Part shown: positions 50,030 through 58,098 of the stretch, one piece after another | How positions within the stretch are numbered: the stretch's first letter is position 1 | Layout of the letters: each line of letters opens with the position of its first letter | NCBI GenBank assembly: GCA_025965475.1 | Contig: JAOPWV010000077.1 | Location: 4,313 to 68,312 of the forward strand | Direction of reading: 5' to 3' | DNA: 64,000 nucleotides | DNA from: Frankiales bacterium | Lineage (GTDB): Bacteria; Actinomycetota; Actinomycetes; Mycobacteriales; SCTD01 | Position numbers and translations under genes: made by a program | The notes under the pieces: generated by a model | Seen by the model: the letters and a program-made list of their open reading frames with translations, nothing else | What the model was told of the DNA's origin: nothing | Databases searched by the model: none

Positions 50030-51208
50030 TCAGCGCCGGCGGCCGAGCAGGCGGCGCAGCCCGCGCAGCAGCCGCATCGCCAGGTGGGCACGCTCGTCGA
50101 GGGTGCGCACCAGCACCGGCCGCAGCGCGACCCGCCGGTCGAGGAGCGCGGCCTTCTCGTCCGTGGTGCGGTGCAGGTCGGCCAGCAGGTGGCTGTTGTG
50201 CATCCGGAGCGTCTCGAGCTCCTGGGTCAGCTGCTGCAGGACGGTGAGCGGGTAGTACCGGCCCTCCGCGGCCGCGGCCGCCTGCTCGCGGGCCTCCTCC
50301 TCGCGCGCCCACGCGGCGAGGGTGTCCTGCTCGTCGAGGACGGCCTTCATCGGGTGACCCCAGAAGAAGGCGAACAGCGTCCGGTCGGGGTCCTCCGTCG
50401 TCCACGCCTCGTCGGCGGCGAGGACCTGCTCGACGACGGCGTCCCGCTCCGGGCCCGGGGTCCCGTGCACCGCGCTGTTGAACGACAGGACCGGGTAGGC
50501 GAGGGCGCCCCCGATCGGGTTGAGCTCCTCGAGCCGGAAGTACCGCCGGACCGTGTCGAGGATCAGCTCGGAGTGGATCGCCTCGGTCGGGTCGCCGGCC
50601 AGCATGGTCGGCAGGTGCGGGTAGTTCGGGGCGGAGCGGAACGCCTCCGGCAGCTGCTCGACGAGTTCCTGCGCGGCCTGCCACTGCGCATACCCGTACT
50701 GGTTGCGGTGCGGCCCGACGTAGTCGACGGAGGCGAAGACGCCGTCCGCCGGCAGCACCTCGCAGACCCGCCTGAGCACCTTGTCGAGGTAGGCGATGTG
50801 GTGCGCGGCGGCGAAGTTGACGACGAGGTCGTAGCCGTCCTCGGGCAGGTCGGCGGTGTTGATGTCGCGGGCGTAGTAGCGCGCGGGCAGGCCCGCGACG
50901 GCCGCCGCCTTGCGCGCCTGGTCGAGCAGCTCGTCGGAGATGTCGGTGCCGACCGCCTCCTCGACGATCCCCGCCTCGAGCAGCTGACGCTCCACCCAGC
51001 CGTTGCCGCAGTTCAGGAACAGCGCCTTGCGGAACGTCCGCCCGCCGGTGACGTCCTTGAGGTGGGTGTACCAGTCGGTGTCCGGCTTGCCGGTGGCGCG
51101 ACGTTCGATGTACGCCGCCACCTGCGGGAGGTCGTTCCAGTAGCCGCCGCCGTAGTACACCGACGAGTCCTGGGCGACGGTGTAGCTGCGGGTGTCCGGT
51201 TCGGCCAT
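50030..51208 (-). CDS. Class I SAM-dependent methyltransferase with ~100-aa C-terminal coiled-coil and basic amphipathic terminus (WbdD-like candidate)
   Basis: 392 aa. The FLNCGNGWVER...GTDIS...DLVVNF Rossmann methyltransferase core is followed by heptad-like EEEAREQAAAAAE...LQQLTQELETLRMHNSHLLADLHRTTDEKAALLDRR and a terminal LLRGLRRLLGRRR. Confidence 0.8.
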   Translation of the reverse strand: MAEPDTRSYTVAQDSSVYYGGGYWNDLPQVAAYIERRATGKPDTDWYTHLKDVTGGRTFRKALFLNCGNGWVERQLLEAGIVEEAVGTDISDELLDQARKAAAVAGLPARYYARDINTADLPEDGYDLVVNFAAAHHIAYLDKVLRRVCEVLPADGVFASVDYVGPHRNQYGYAQWQAAQELVEQLPEAFRSAPNYPHLPTMLAGDPTEAIHSELILDTVRRYFRLEELNPIGGALAYPVLSFNSAVHGTPGPERDAVVEQVLAADEAWTTEDPDRTLFAFFWGHPMKAVLDEQDTLAAWAREEEAREQAAAAAEGRYYPLTVLQQLTQELETLRMHNSHLLADLHRTTDEKAALLDRRVALRPVLVRTLDERAHLAMRLLRGLRRLLGRRR

Positions 51209-51272
51209 GGACGCACGCTACCGGCGCAGGTGCGGTCGAGCGGCCACCACGACGGTGCCGCCGGAGGTGGCC

Positions 51273-51587
51273 TCACTGCGCCGTCGGCGGCCCGGAGGTC
51301 TGCGACCTGGCGCGCCGGTTCCACAGGGTGACGGCGCCGAGCGCGACCCCGAGGCCCGCCCCGACCGACGCCGCGAGGAAGGGGAGGGCCATGCCGGTGT
51401 GCTGCGGCGCATACAGGAAGGCGAGCGGGAACGACAGCACGATGCCGACGACGAGCCCGCCCAGTGCCGCGACGCCCAGGAAGAAGAGCACCGCGAGGGG
51501 CTTGCCGCCGCGCGGGACCGGGACGTCGCCGGTCAGCACGCCGCGGTCCAGCTGGCGGAGCCACGGTTGGACGCGCATGTTCGGCAT
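51273..51587 (-). CDS. Hypothetical membrane protein
   Basis: 104 aa with 2-3 TM helices and codon bias like the neighbours. No family recognised. Confidence 0.5.
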   Translation of the reverse strand: MPNMRVQPWLRQLDRGVLTGDVPVPRGGKPLAVLFFLGVAALGGLVVGIVLSFPLAFLYAPQHTGMALPFLAASVGAGLGVALGAVTLWNRRARSQTSGPPTAQ

Positions 51588-51633
51588 CTTCTACCGCCGT
51601 GGGCCGGTTGGACAGCGATGCGTCAGCTCGTCG

Positions 51634-52200
51634 TCAGCGCAGGCCCTGGACGATCAGCAGCAGTCCGAAGACGACGAACGCGGCGGCTGCGCCGTACTTG
51701 ATGACCCGCTCCGGCAGGTGCTTGCCCAGCAGGGCGCCGACGAGGATCGCCAGCGCATCGGCTGCCACCATGCCGACGGTGCTGCCGAGCCAGGTGCCCA
51801 GCCAGCCCTCGCGGGTCGCCAGCGTGACCGTGGCGAGCATGGTCTTGTCGCCCAGCTCGGCGAGGAAGAAGGCGACCGCGACCGCGACGATGGCGTTGCG
51901 CGTCGTACGGCTCGCCTTCGCCTGCTCCTCCTCGTCGAGGCTGTCGCCGCGCAGCGTCCAGGCCGCGAACGCGAGGAAGGCCACGCCGGCGAGGACCGCG
52001 ATCGGCTTGGTCGGCAGCGCGGTGCCCACGACCACGCCCAGGCCGACCGAAGCCAGGTGCACGACGGCGGTGGCGACGGTGATGCCGATCAGCACGTGCA
52101 GGATCTTGAAGCGGGTGGCGAACGTCATGGCCATCAACTGGCTCTTGTCGCCGAGCTCCGCCAGGAAGATGACTCCGGTGCTGAGCAGGAAGGCGTACAT
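51634..52200 (-). CDS. GDT1/TMEM165 (UPF0016) family cation (Mn2+/Ca2+) transporter
   Basis: 188 aa from MYAFLLSTG (ATG at 52200). It has two E-x-G-D-K-(S/T) motifs, LAELGDKSQL and LAELGDKTML. The ORF-track start at 52368 would run through the riboswitch. Confidence 0.88.
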   Translation of the reverse strand: MYAFLLSTGVIFLAELGDKSQLMAMTFATRFKILHVLIGITVATAVVHLASVGLGVVVGTALPTKPIAVLAGVAFLAFAAWTLRGDSLDEEEQAKASRTTRNAIVAVAVAFFLAELGDKTMLATVTLATREGWLGTWLGSTVGMVAADALAILVGALLGKHLPERVIKYGAAAAFVVFGLLLIVQGLR

Positions 52201-52285
52201 CTGCGGGGGTGTCCTGTCCGCCCGGCCGCAGCACCCGTCAGAGGACGCCTTCGACCAGGCACGTCTCGATGAGTGGGTGCCGGTC

Positions 52286-52386
52286 GAAGGTCTCGTCCGC
52301 CTGCCGACGTGAATCGGCGGGCTGCCGGCACCGGGTTCCCGCGGGAACCAGCATGTCGATGCCGGCATTGAGGACTACTCCCCTTC
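52286..52386 (-). promoter_or_regulatory. yybP-ykoY (Mn2+) riboswitch aptamer
   Basis: Minus-strand RNA: GAAGGGGAGUAGUCCUCAAU-[GCCGGCA-UCGACAUGCU-GGUUCCCGCGGGAACC-CGG-UGCCGGC]-AGC-[CCGCCGAUUCACGUCGGCAGG]-CGGACGAGACCUUC. It has the conserved GGGGAGUAG, the UCGNCA.../CGG internal loop, and GAGACCUUC closing P1 with GAAGG. A 14-bp hairpin at 52248-52290 re-uses CCUUC and would serve as the expression platform. Confidence 0.8.
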
Positions 52387-52502
52387 GCGCAAGATCGTAG
52401 CGGCTCGCCCCCCGGGCTCCCCTTTGTGGAACGTCCACAGCACCAGGGTGCTGAGGAAGTTCCGAAAGCCCGTGGGAGGAGGGAGGCGGGCAGACTGGTG
52501 CG

Positions 52503-52952
52503 ATGCCGTTGTGGGGGGAGTACGCGCCGAGCAGCGAGCAGTGGGTGCGCGACGAGGTGGAGCACTACGAGCGCACCGACGGGACCGCGTGGGGCGACCG
52601 GCCGGTCGTCGTCCTCACCAGCCGTGGTGCCGTCTCCGGCAAGCTCCGCAAGACGCCGTTGATGCGCGTCGAGCACAAGGGGATCTACGCCGCTGTGGCC
52701 TCGATGGCGGGCGCGGGCAGCCACCCGGCCTGGTACCACAACGTGCTCGCCGAGCCGCGGGTCGAGCTGCAGGACGGCCCGCGCCGGCAGGACATGATCG
52801 CCCGGGAGCTGTCCGGCCCGGAGCGGGCGGCCTGGTGGTCGCGCGCCTGCACGGTCTTCCCGTCGTACGTGGACTACCAGAGCAGGACCCGGCGCCGGAT
52901 CCCGGTGTTTCTGCTGGAGCCGCTGCCTCAGGAGCCCAGCGCGAGCCGGTAG
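52503..52952 (+). CDS. Deazaflavin (F420)-dependent nitroreductase family oxidoreductase (Ddn/DUF385-like)
   Basis: 149 aa. LTSRGAVSGKLRKTPLM...GSHPAWYHNVLAEPRVELQ...IPVFLLEP. Confidence 0.85.
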   Translation: MPLWGEYAPSSEQWVRDEVEHYERTDGTAWGDRPVVVLTSRGAVSGKLRKTPLMRVEHKGIYAAVASMAGAGSHPAWYHNVLAEPRVELQDGPRRQDMIARELSGPERAAWWSRACTVFPSYVDYQSRTRRRIPVFLLEPLPQEPSASR

Positions 52953-53992
52953 GCCTGCCGGGTCAGCTCGGCGCACCGCTCCCAGGTGAACTGTGCGGCA
53001 TGCCGGCGCCGGGCCCGCGGGTCGCCCGGGTCGCCCAGCACCCGTTCCAGGGCGGCGGCGAAGGCGGCGGGGGAGCCCTGCTCGGCGTACGACGTGACCG
53101 TGCCGCCGACCTCGCGCAGCACCGGCAGGTCGCTTGCGACCACGGGCGTGCCGGCCGCCAGCGCCTCGACGACCGGGATGCCGAATCCCTCGTCGCGGCT
53201 GGGCAGGACGAGCGCCGAGGCGCCCGCGACGACGGCGCGCAGGCGCTCGTCGTCCAGGAACCCGGGGGTGACGCAACCGGAGACGTCCACCTGCTCGCCC
53301 CAGCCCGTGGGCCCCACCAGGACGAGCGGAGGCGCGTCGGGGAGGAGCCGGTGCGCGGCGAGCAGCGTGCCCAGGTCCTTGCGTGGCTCGAGGGTCCCGA
53401 CGAAGACGAGGTACGACGGGGGCAGCCCGAGCGACGCGCGCAGGGCCTCGTCGGGCGGTGCGGCGGTGTACCACTCGGGGTCCACGCCGAGCGGCGTCAC
53501 GACGATCGGGGCGCGGACGTCGTACTCCTCGCGCACCTGCTCGGCGACCGCGGTGCTCGGCGTGATCACGACCGACGCGCGGCGCAGCGACCGGGGGACG
53601 AGCGTGCGGTAGCGGGCGCTGGCACTGCTGACGGTCTCGGGCATCCGCAGGTACGACAGGTCGTGGATGGTCACGACCCCGGCGGCGCGGCGCAGCGGCG
53701 GGAGCACGAAGTTGGTGGCGTGGAAGACGTCCAGCTTGCCGGCGAGCAGCTCGACGGGCGGCCACTCGACCCGGGCCCAGGCCTCCTGGAGGCCGCGGGC
53801 CGGCGCCGGTCGGGCGGCCACCCGGACGCCTTCGGGTACGACGGCCGGCAGCGCCTCGCGGCCGCGGAAGGTGAACGCCGTGGCCACGAGCTCGTCGTCG
53901 TGTGCGGCCAGCGCCCGCAGCAGCGCGAGGGTGTAGCGGCCGACCCCGGTCCTGTTGCCCAGCAGCGGGGTGGCGTCGAGCCCGATCCGCAT
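52928..53992 (-). CDS. GT4-family (GT-B) glycosyltransferase
   Basis: 354 aa from MRIGLDATPLLGNRTGVGRY, ending with PSRDEGFGIPVVEALAAGTPVV (E-x7-E). Confidence 0.88.
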   Translation of the reverse strand: MRIGLDATPLLGNRTGVGRYTLALLRALAAHDDELVATAFTFRGREALPAVVPEGVRVAARPAPARGLQEAWARVEWPPVELLAGKLDVFHATNFVLPPLRRAAGVVTIHDLSYLRMPETVSSASARYRTLVPRSLRRASVVITPSTAVAEQVREEYDVRAPIVVTPLGVDPEWYTAAPPDEALRASLGLPPSYLVFVGTLEPRKDLGTLLAAHRLLPDAPPLVLVGPTGWGEQVDVSGCVTPGFLDDERLRAVVAGASALVLPSRDEGFGIPVVEALAAGTPVVASDLPVLREVGGTVTSYAEQGSPAAFAAALERVLGDPGDPRARRRHAAQFTWERCAELTRQAYRLALGS

Positions 53993-54002
53993 GGCCGCCA
54001 CG

Positions 54003-55559
54003 TCAGTCGAGCAGCCGGTGCTTGTCGACGATGTCGTGCCACCGGTCGGCGAAGGCGTCCTCGCTGTACTCCTGCGCGCGGTGGGTCGCTGCGGCGGACA
54101 GGCGCGCGCGCAGGTGCTCGTCCTCGGCGACCTCCGCGGTGCGGGCCAGCAGCTGGGCCGGCGTCGTCCACCGGAAACCGTCGACGTTCTCGCGCACGAT
54201 CTCCTTCTGCCCGGCTCGGTCGATGACGACGGGCACGCAGCCACCGGCCATCGCCTCGACGGTCGTCATGCCGAAGTGCTCGTTGGCCCAGGGCGTCTTG
54301 TGCTCGTCCTCGCTGTAGCCGGTGGCGGACCAGAACACCGACGACGTCGACAGCAGCTGCTCGACGAGCTTGCGCGGGACGTTGGCGATCACCTCGACCG
54401 GCAGGCCGGCGCCGGCGGCCCGCACCTGGTCGACGTAGTTCTGCTGTGAGTCCTCCATGCCGCCGAGGACGTACATCCGCCAGTCCCGCGGGATGACCCC
54501 GGACCGGATGCCCTCGGCGAAGAACTGCACCATCTCGAGCTGGCGCTTGGCGTGGCCGAGGCCGGGCGAGAAGAACCGGCCCACGGTGATGACGGCCTTC
54601 TCGCGCTCCGGCGCGGGATGCAGCCGCTGGACCTGGATGGGCGGGAACAGCAGTTCGGCCTCGGTCTTCCACAGCTGCTGGATGTAGCCCCGGGTGTATT
54701 CGCTGTTGGCCATCACCGTGTCGTAGCCCTCGAGGAACGACAGGTTCCGCGGGTCGCGCATGAGCCACGGGAAGCGCTGCGCCACCCGGGCCCGCGGGCC
54801 GTAGTGGCCGCCCTCCAGGCGCATCCGGCTCACCGCGACGCCCAGCCGGCGCCGGTCGTCGCCGCCCGGGGAGAACGTCTCGGTCCGGAAGTGCAGCTCG
54901 GTGCCCCGGACGGAGGCCGGGAAGTCCAGATGGTGCGTGGTGAACTGCGAGCCCACCTCGATCTCGGCGAGCACGTGGCCCTGCTCGTCGCCGATGGTCA
55001 GCACCCGGGGCTCCGGCATGCCGGGGCCGCCGAGCTCCATCCGGATGCGCCGGGCCTTCGCGTCGGGCGACAGCGTCAGGACCGCGTCCTCCGTGGTCCA
55101 GGCCCACTGCCGCAGCCGACCGCCCTCGGGGGGGAACCAGCCGACCCCGTAGTCGACCCCGCCGGTGTGCGCGCGCAGCAGCGGCCCGAGGTTCCGGGTG
55201 GCGGCTCGCCGCCAGGGCGACAGGTCGGCGTCGAACGGCGTCGGGAAGTAGCAGAGGTACGCCGCGTGCCTGGCCCTCGGCCGCAGCCGGCTGGTGTACG
55301 TCCCGTTGACGAACAGGTCGTACTCCTCGGACACCGCGGCCAGGTGCAGGTCGCCGCGGTCCGGCTCGACACGCAGGGTGCACCGCGACAGGTCGAGGCC
55401 GAGGTGGTCGGCGAGCTCGTCCTTGTCGACCTCGGTGTGGCCGATGAGGTCGACCTGGACGCCGTCCTGGGACAGCACTTCGGCGATCATCCCGGAGTGG
55501 CGTTCGCCGCCACCCTGGCTGTGCCAGAAGCGGTCGTAGATCGCGGCCCGCTTGGTCAT
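54003..55559 (-). CDS. Glycosyltransferase with GT4-type C-terminal half and uncharacterised N-terminal ~250 aa
   Basis: 518 aa from MTKRAAIYDRFWHSQGGGERH. The C-terminal EHFGMTTVEAMAGGCVPVV motif is present. The ATG overlaps the upstream GT2 stop (ATGA). Confidence 0.85.
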   Translation of the reverse strand: MTKRAAIYDRFWHSQGGGERHSGMIAEVLSQDGVQVDLIGHTEVDKDELADHLGLDLSRCTLRVEPDRGDLHLAAVSEEYDLFVNGTYTSRLRPRARHAAYLCYFPTPFDADLSPWRRAATRNLGPLLRAHTGGVDYGVGWFPPEGGRLRQWAWTTEDAVLTLSPDAKARRIRMELGGPGMPEPRVLTIGDEQGHVLAEIEVGSQFTTHHLDFPASVRGTELHFRTETFSPGGDDRRRLGVAVSRMRLEGGHYGPRARVAQRFPWLMRDPRNLSFLEGYDTVMANSEYTRGYIQQLWKTEAELLFPPIQVQRLHPAPEREKAVITVGRFFSPGLGHAKRQLEMVQFFAEGIRSGVIPRDWRMYVLGGMEDSQQNYVDQVRAAGAGLPVEVIANVPRKLVEQLLSTSSVFWSATGYSEDEHKTPWANEHFGMTTVEAMAGGCVPVVIDRAGQKEIVRENVDGFRWTTPAQLLARTAEVAEDEHLRARLSAAATHRAQEYSEDAFADRWHDIVDKHRLLD

Positions 55560-56902
55560 CGGGTCGCCACCAGCCACTCCTCGAGCCGCCGGCGCGACAC
55601 GACGGACTGCCGTGCGAGGGCCCGGCGCTTGAGGATCATGACGGGTAAGAGTCGCAGGAACGACGCGAGCACCTTCAACCGCATGAGGGTCGGCCGGACG
55701 GCGGGCCGGCTGCGTGCCTTGAGGGACTGCCGCACGCTGCGCAGCGCGATGGACCCCGTCGTCAGCGGGTAGCGCAGGACCTCCCTGACCGCGAACCGCA
55801 GGCTCGCGTCCTTCACCAGCATCAGCAGGCGGTTGCGGTCGGTGTGGAAGACGAACGTCGGGGACCATTCGACGCTGCTGGCCGAGTGGATGTGCCGGAC
55901 GACGGCCTTGGGCTCGTAGCGGATCGACCAGCCCGCCGCGCGCAGCCGCCACGACAGGTCGGTGTCCTCGTAGTACAGGAAGAAGTCGTCGTCGAACCAG
56001 TCAGCCTGGCGGCCGGCCTCGGTGCGGAAAGCGACCGCGCAGCCGCACAGTGCGAAGACCTCGGTGGGCTCGTCGTACTGACCGGTGTCGACGTCCTGGT
56101 AGCCGCGGTCGGCGCCGTAGCCGGCGGTCAGGACGATGCTGCCGACGTTGTTGACGACGTCCACGACCGGTACGCCGGCCGGCACCTCGACGGTGTGCTC
56201 CGCCGGTACTGCCGTGACCGGCAGGGTGGCCGCGCCGCCGTCCCAGGACAGGGTGGCGGTCTTCTCGCGCTCGCCGGCCCAGCGGACCGAGATGCGGACC
56301 GGCCCGGCTGCGTCCGGCAGCGGGACCAGCAGCTCGCCCTCCGGACGTGCCCAGCGGAACCGGCCCTCGCCGCTGCCCTCCGGTCCCCAGGTGAGCCGCT
56401 CCATGAGAACCCGCTCGGTGACGTCCTCGTCGCCGACACGGATCCGGAACAACTGCAGCCCGAGGTCGCGGGGGTCGTGCGGGCCGGGGGAGAAGCCGGT
56501 GGTCTGCAGGCGCAGCCGCAGGAACCGCGGCTGGAAGACCACCTTGCTCGTCACGGCGGCGAGCCGCTCGTTGCCCGGCTCCTCCAGCGGGGCGAGCAGT
56601 TTCTCCAGCCAGTCGGGCTCGGGGGTCGCGTCGTTGTTGAGCAGAACGGCATACGGCGTCGTGATCTGACGCAGCGCGGTGTTGTTGCCGCCGGCGAAGC
56701 CGAGGTTCTCGCTGTTGCGCAGGATCCGGACGTCCGGGTACTCGCGTTCGAGCAGGGCCACCGACCCGTCCGCCGAGGCGTTGTCGACGACCCACACGTC
56801 GAACGGCGCACCGGTCTGCTGGCGGGCCAGCGCGTCCAGGCAGGGCCGAAGCAGGCGCTCGCCGTTCCAGTTGACGATGACGACGGTGGCGCGCGGCGTC
56901 AT
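55556..56902 (-). CDS. GT2-family glycosyltransferase (rhamnosyltransferase-like) with internal insertion
   Basis: 448 aa. VVIVNWNGERLLRPCLDAL...VVDNASADGS...LLNNDA, with an insert of about 150 aa before the CGCAVAFR...ED(T)DLSWR region. Confidence 0.88.
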   Translation of the reverse strand: MTPRATVVIVNWNGERLLRPCLDALARQQTGAPFDVWVVDNASADGSVALLEREYPDVRILRNSENLGFAGGNNTALRQITTPYAVLLNNDATPEPDWLEKLLAPLEEPGNERLAAVTSKVVFQPRFLRLRLQTTGFSPGPHDPRDLGLQLFRIRVGDEDVTERVLMERLTWGPEGSGEGRFRWARPEGELLVPLPDAAGPVRISVRWAGEREKTATLSWDGGAATLPVTAVPAEHTVEVPAGVPVVDVVNNVGSIVLTAGYGADRGYQDVDTGQYDEPTEVFALCGCAVAFRTEAGRQADWFDDDFFLYYEDTDLSWRLRAAGWSIRYEPKAVVRHIHSASSVEWSPTFVFHTDRNRLLMLVKDASLRFAVREVLRYPLTTGSIALRSVRQSLKARSRPAVRPTLMRLKVLASFLRLLPVMILKRRALARQSVVSRRRLEEWLVATR

Positions 56903-58098
56903 GCGGCCCCGCTCCGGGGCAGGACCGCGCTCGTGGCCGGTACGGCGAGGATGCCCGGCAGGTCGCCGCCGCGGCCCTTCACGGCCTCGTCGAACCGGGC
57001 CACCGCAAGCGGGTAGCCGGTCTCCGGGTCCTCGACCTGGACGGCGAGGATGAACGAGCCGTTCAGGGCCGGGGCGTGCTCGACCACGAACTCGACCGTG
57101 TAACGGCCGGGCACGGCCGGCACGCCCTGCCCGGGTGGGGTCCGCATCGAGAAGATCGGGATGTCACCGGCGCCGACGAGCACGACGATCACGTCGCCGG
57201 CGAACACGTCGGCGGCAGCGAGCACCTCGACCTCGACGCAGACGTGCAGCGGCTGCCCGGCGAGCACCTCCGCCGTACGCGGGCCGCCAGCGGTCAGCGA
57301 CGGGATCGCGGCGTGCACGTACGCGCCGCGCGGCTCGGGGGCGGGCGGCTCGCCGACCGGCCGGTCGGTGCCGAGGATCTTGCGCAGCGTGCCGACGGCG
57401 TACGACGGGTCGCCGTCGTACTGCACGCGGCCGTGGTCCACGACGATGCCGCGCGTGCACAGCTGCTCGACGAGGTCGAGCGCGTGCGTGACGAACAGGA
57501 TGGTCTTGCCGGCCTGCTGGAACTCGGTGATCTTCGCGAGGCACTTGCGGGCGAAGGCCTCGTCCCCGACCGCGAGGACCTCGTCGACGAGCAGGACGTC
57601 CGGGTCGACGTGCACGGCGATGGAGAAGGCCAGCTTGACGTACTCACCGGACGAGTAGTGCTTCACCGGGTCGTCGATGCGCTCGCCCTGCTCGGAGAAC
57701 TCGACGATCGAGTCGAGGAGCCCGTCGACCTCCTTGCGCGACAGCCCCAGCAGGGCCGCGTTGAGGTAGACGTTCTCCCGGCCGGTCAGCTCGCCGTTGA
57801 AGCCGGCGCCGAGTTCGAGCAGGGAGGCGATCCGGCCCTCCACCTGCACCTCGCCGGAGGTCGCCCGCAGGATGCCGGCGAGCACCTTGAGCAGCGTGGA
57901 CTTGCCGGCGCCGTTGGGCCCGATGAGCCCGACGGTCTCGCCCTGCCCCACCGTGATGTCGACGTCGCGCAGCGCCCAGAACTCGCCCTCCGTCACGGCC
58001 TTGCGCCGCACGATGCGCTCCTTGAGCGACGTCGCCCGCTGCTTGTGCGTGACGAAGCGCTTGGAGACGCCCCGCGCGCTGATGACCGGCTGCGTCAC
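56899..58098 (-). CDS. Polysaccharide ABC exporter ATP-binding protein (Wzt/TagH-like) with ~150-aa C-terminal extra domain
   Basis: The GTG at 58098 overlaps the permease stop. Walker A GPNGAGKST, signature YSSGEYVKL, Walker B LLVDEVLAVGD. A beta-rich C-terminal domain follows (residues ~250-399). Confidence 0.9.
   Translation of the reverse strand: MTQPVISARGVSKRFVTHKQRATSLKERIVRRKAVTEGEFWALRDVDITVGQGETVGLIGPNGAGKSTLLKVLAGILRATSGEVQVEGRIASLLELGAGFNGELTGRENVYLNAALLGLSRKEVDGLLDSIVEFSEQGERIDDPVKHYSSGEYVKLAFSIAVHVDPDVLLVDEVLAVGDEAFARKCLAKITEFQQAGKTILFVTHALDLVEQLCTRGIVVDHGRVQYDGDPSYAVGTLRKILGTDRPVGEPPAPEPRGAYVHAAIPSLTAGGPRTAEVLAGQPLHVCVEVEVLAAADVFAGDVIVVLVGAGDIPIFSMRTPPGQGVPAVPGRYTVEFVVEHAPALNGSFILAVQVEDPETGYPLAVARFDEAVKGRGGDLPGILAVPATSAVLPRSGAA

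Noticed and set aside
52238-52438. 66-aa minus-strand ORF, and the N-terminal 56 codons of the 244-aa ORF, upstream of the GDT1 transporter.
   Set aside because: This region is better explained as the Mn2+ riboswitch leader. The transporter family starts at MYAFLL (52200).
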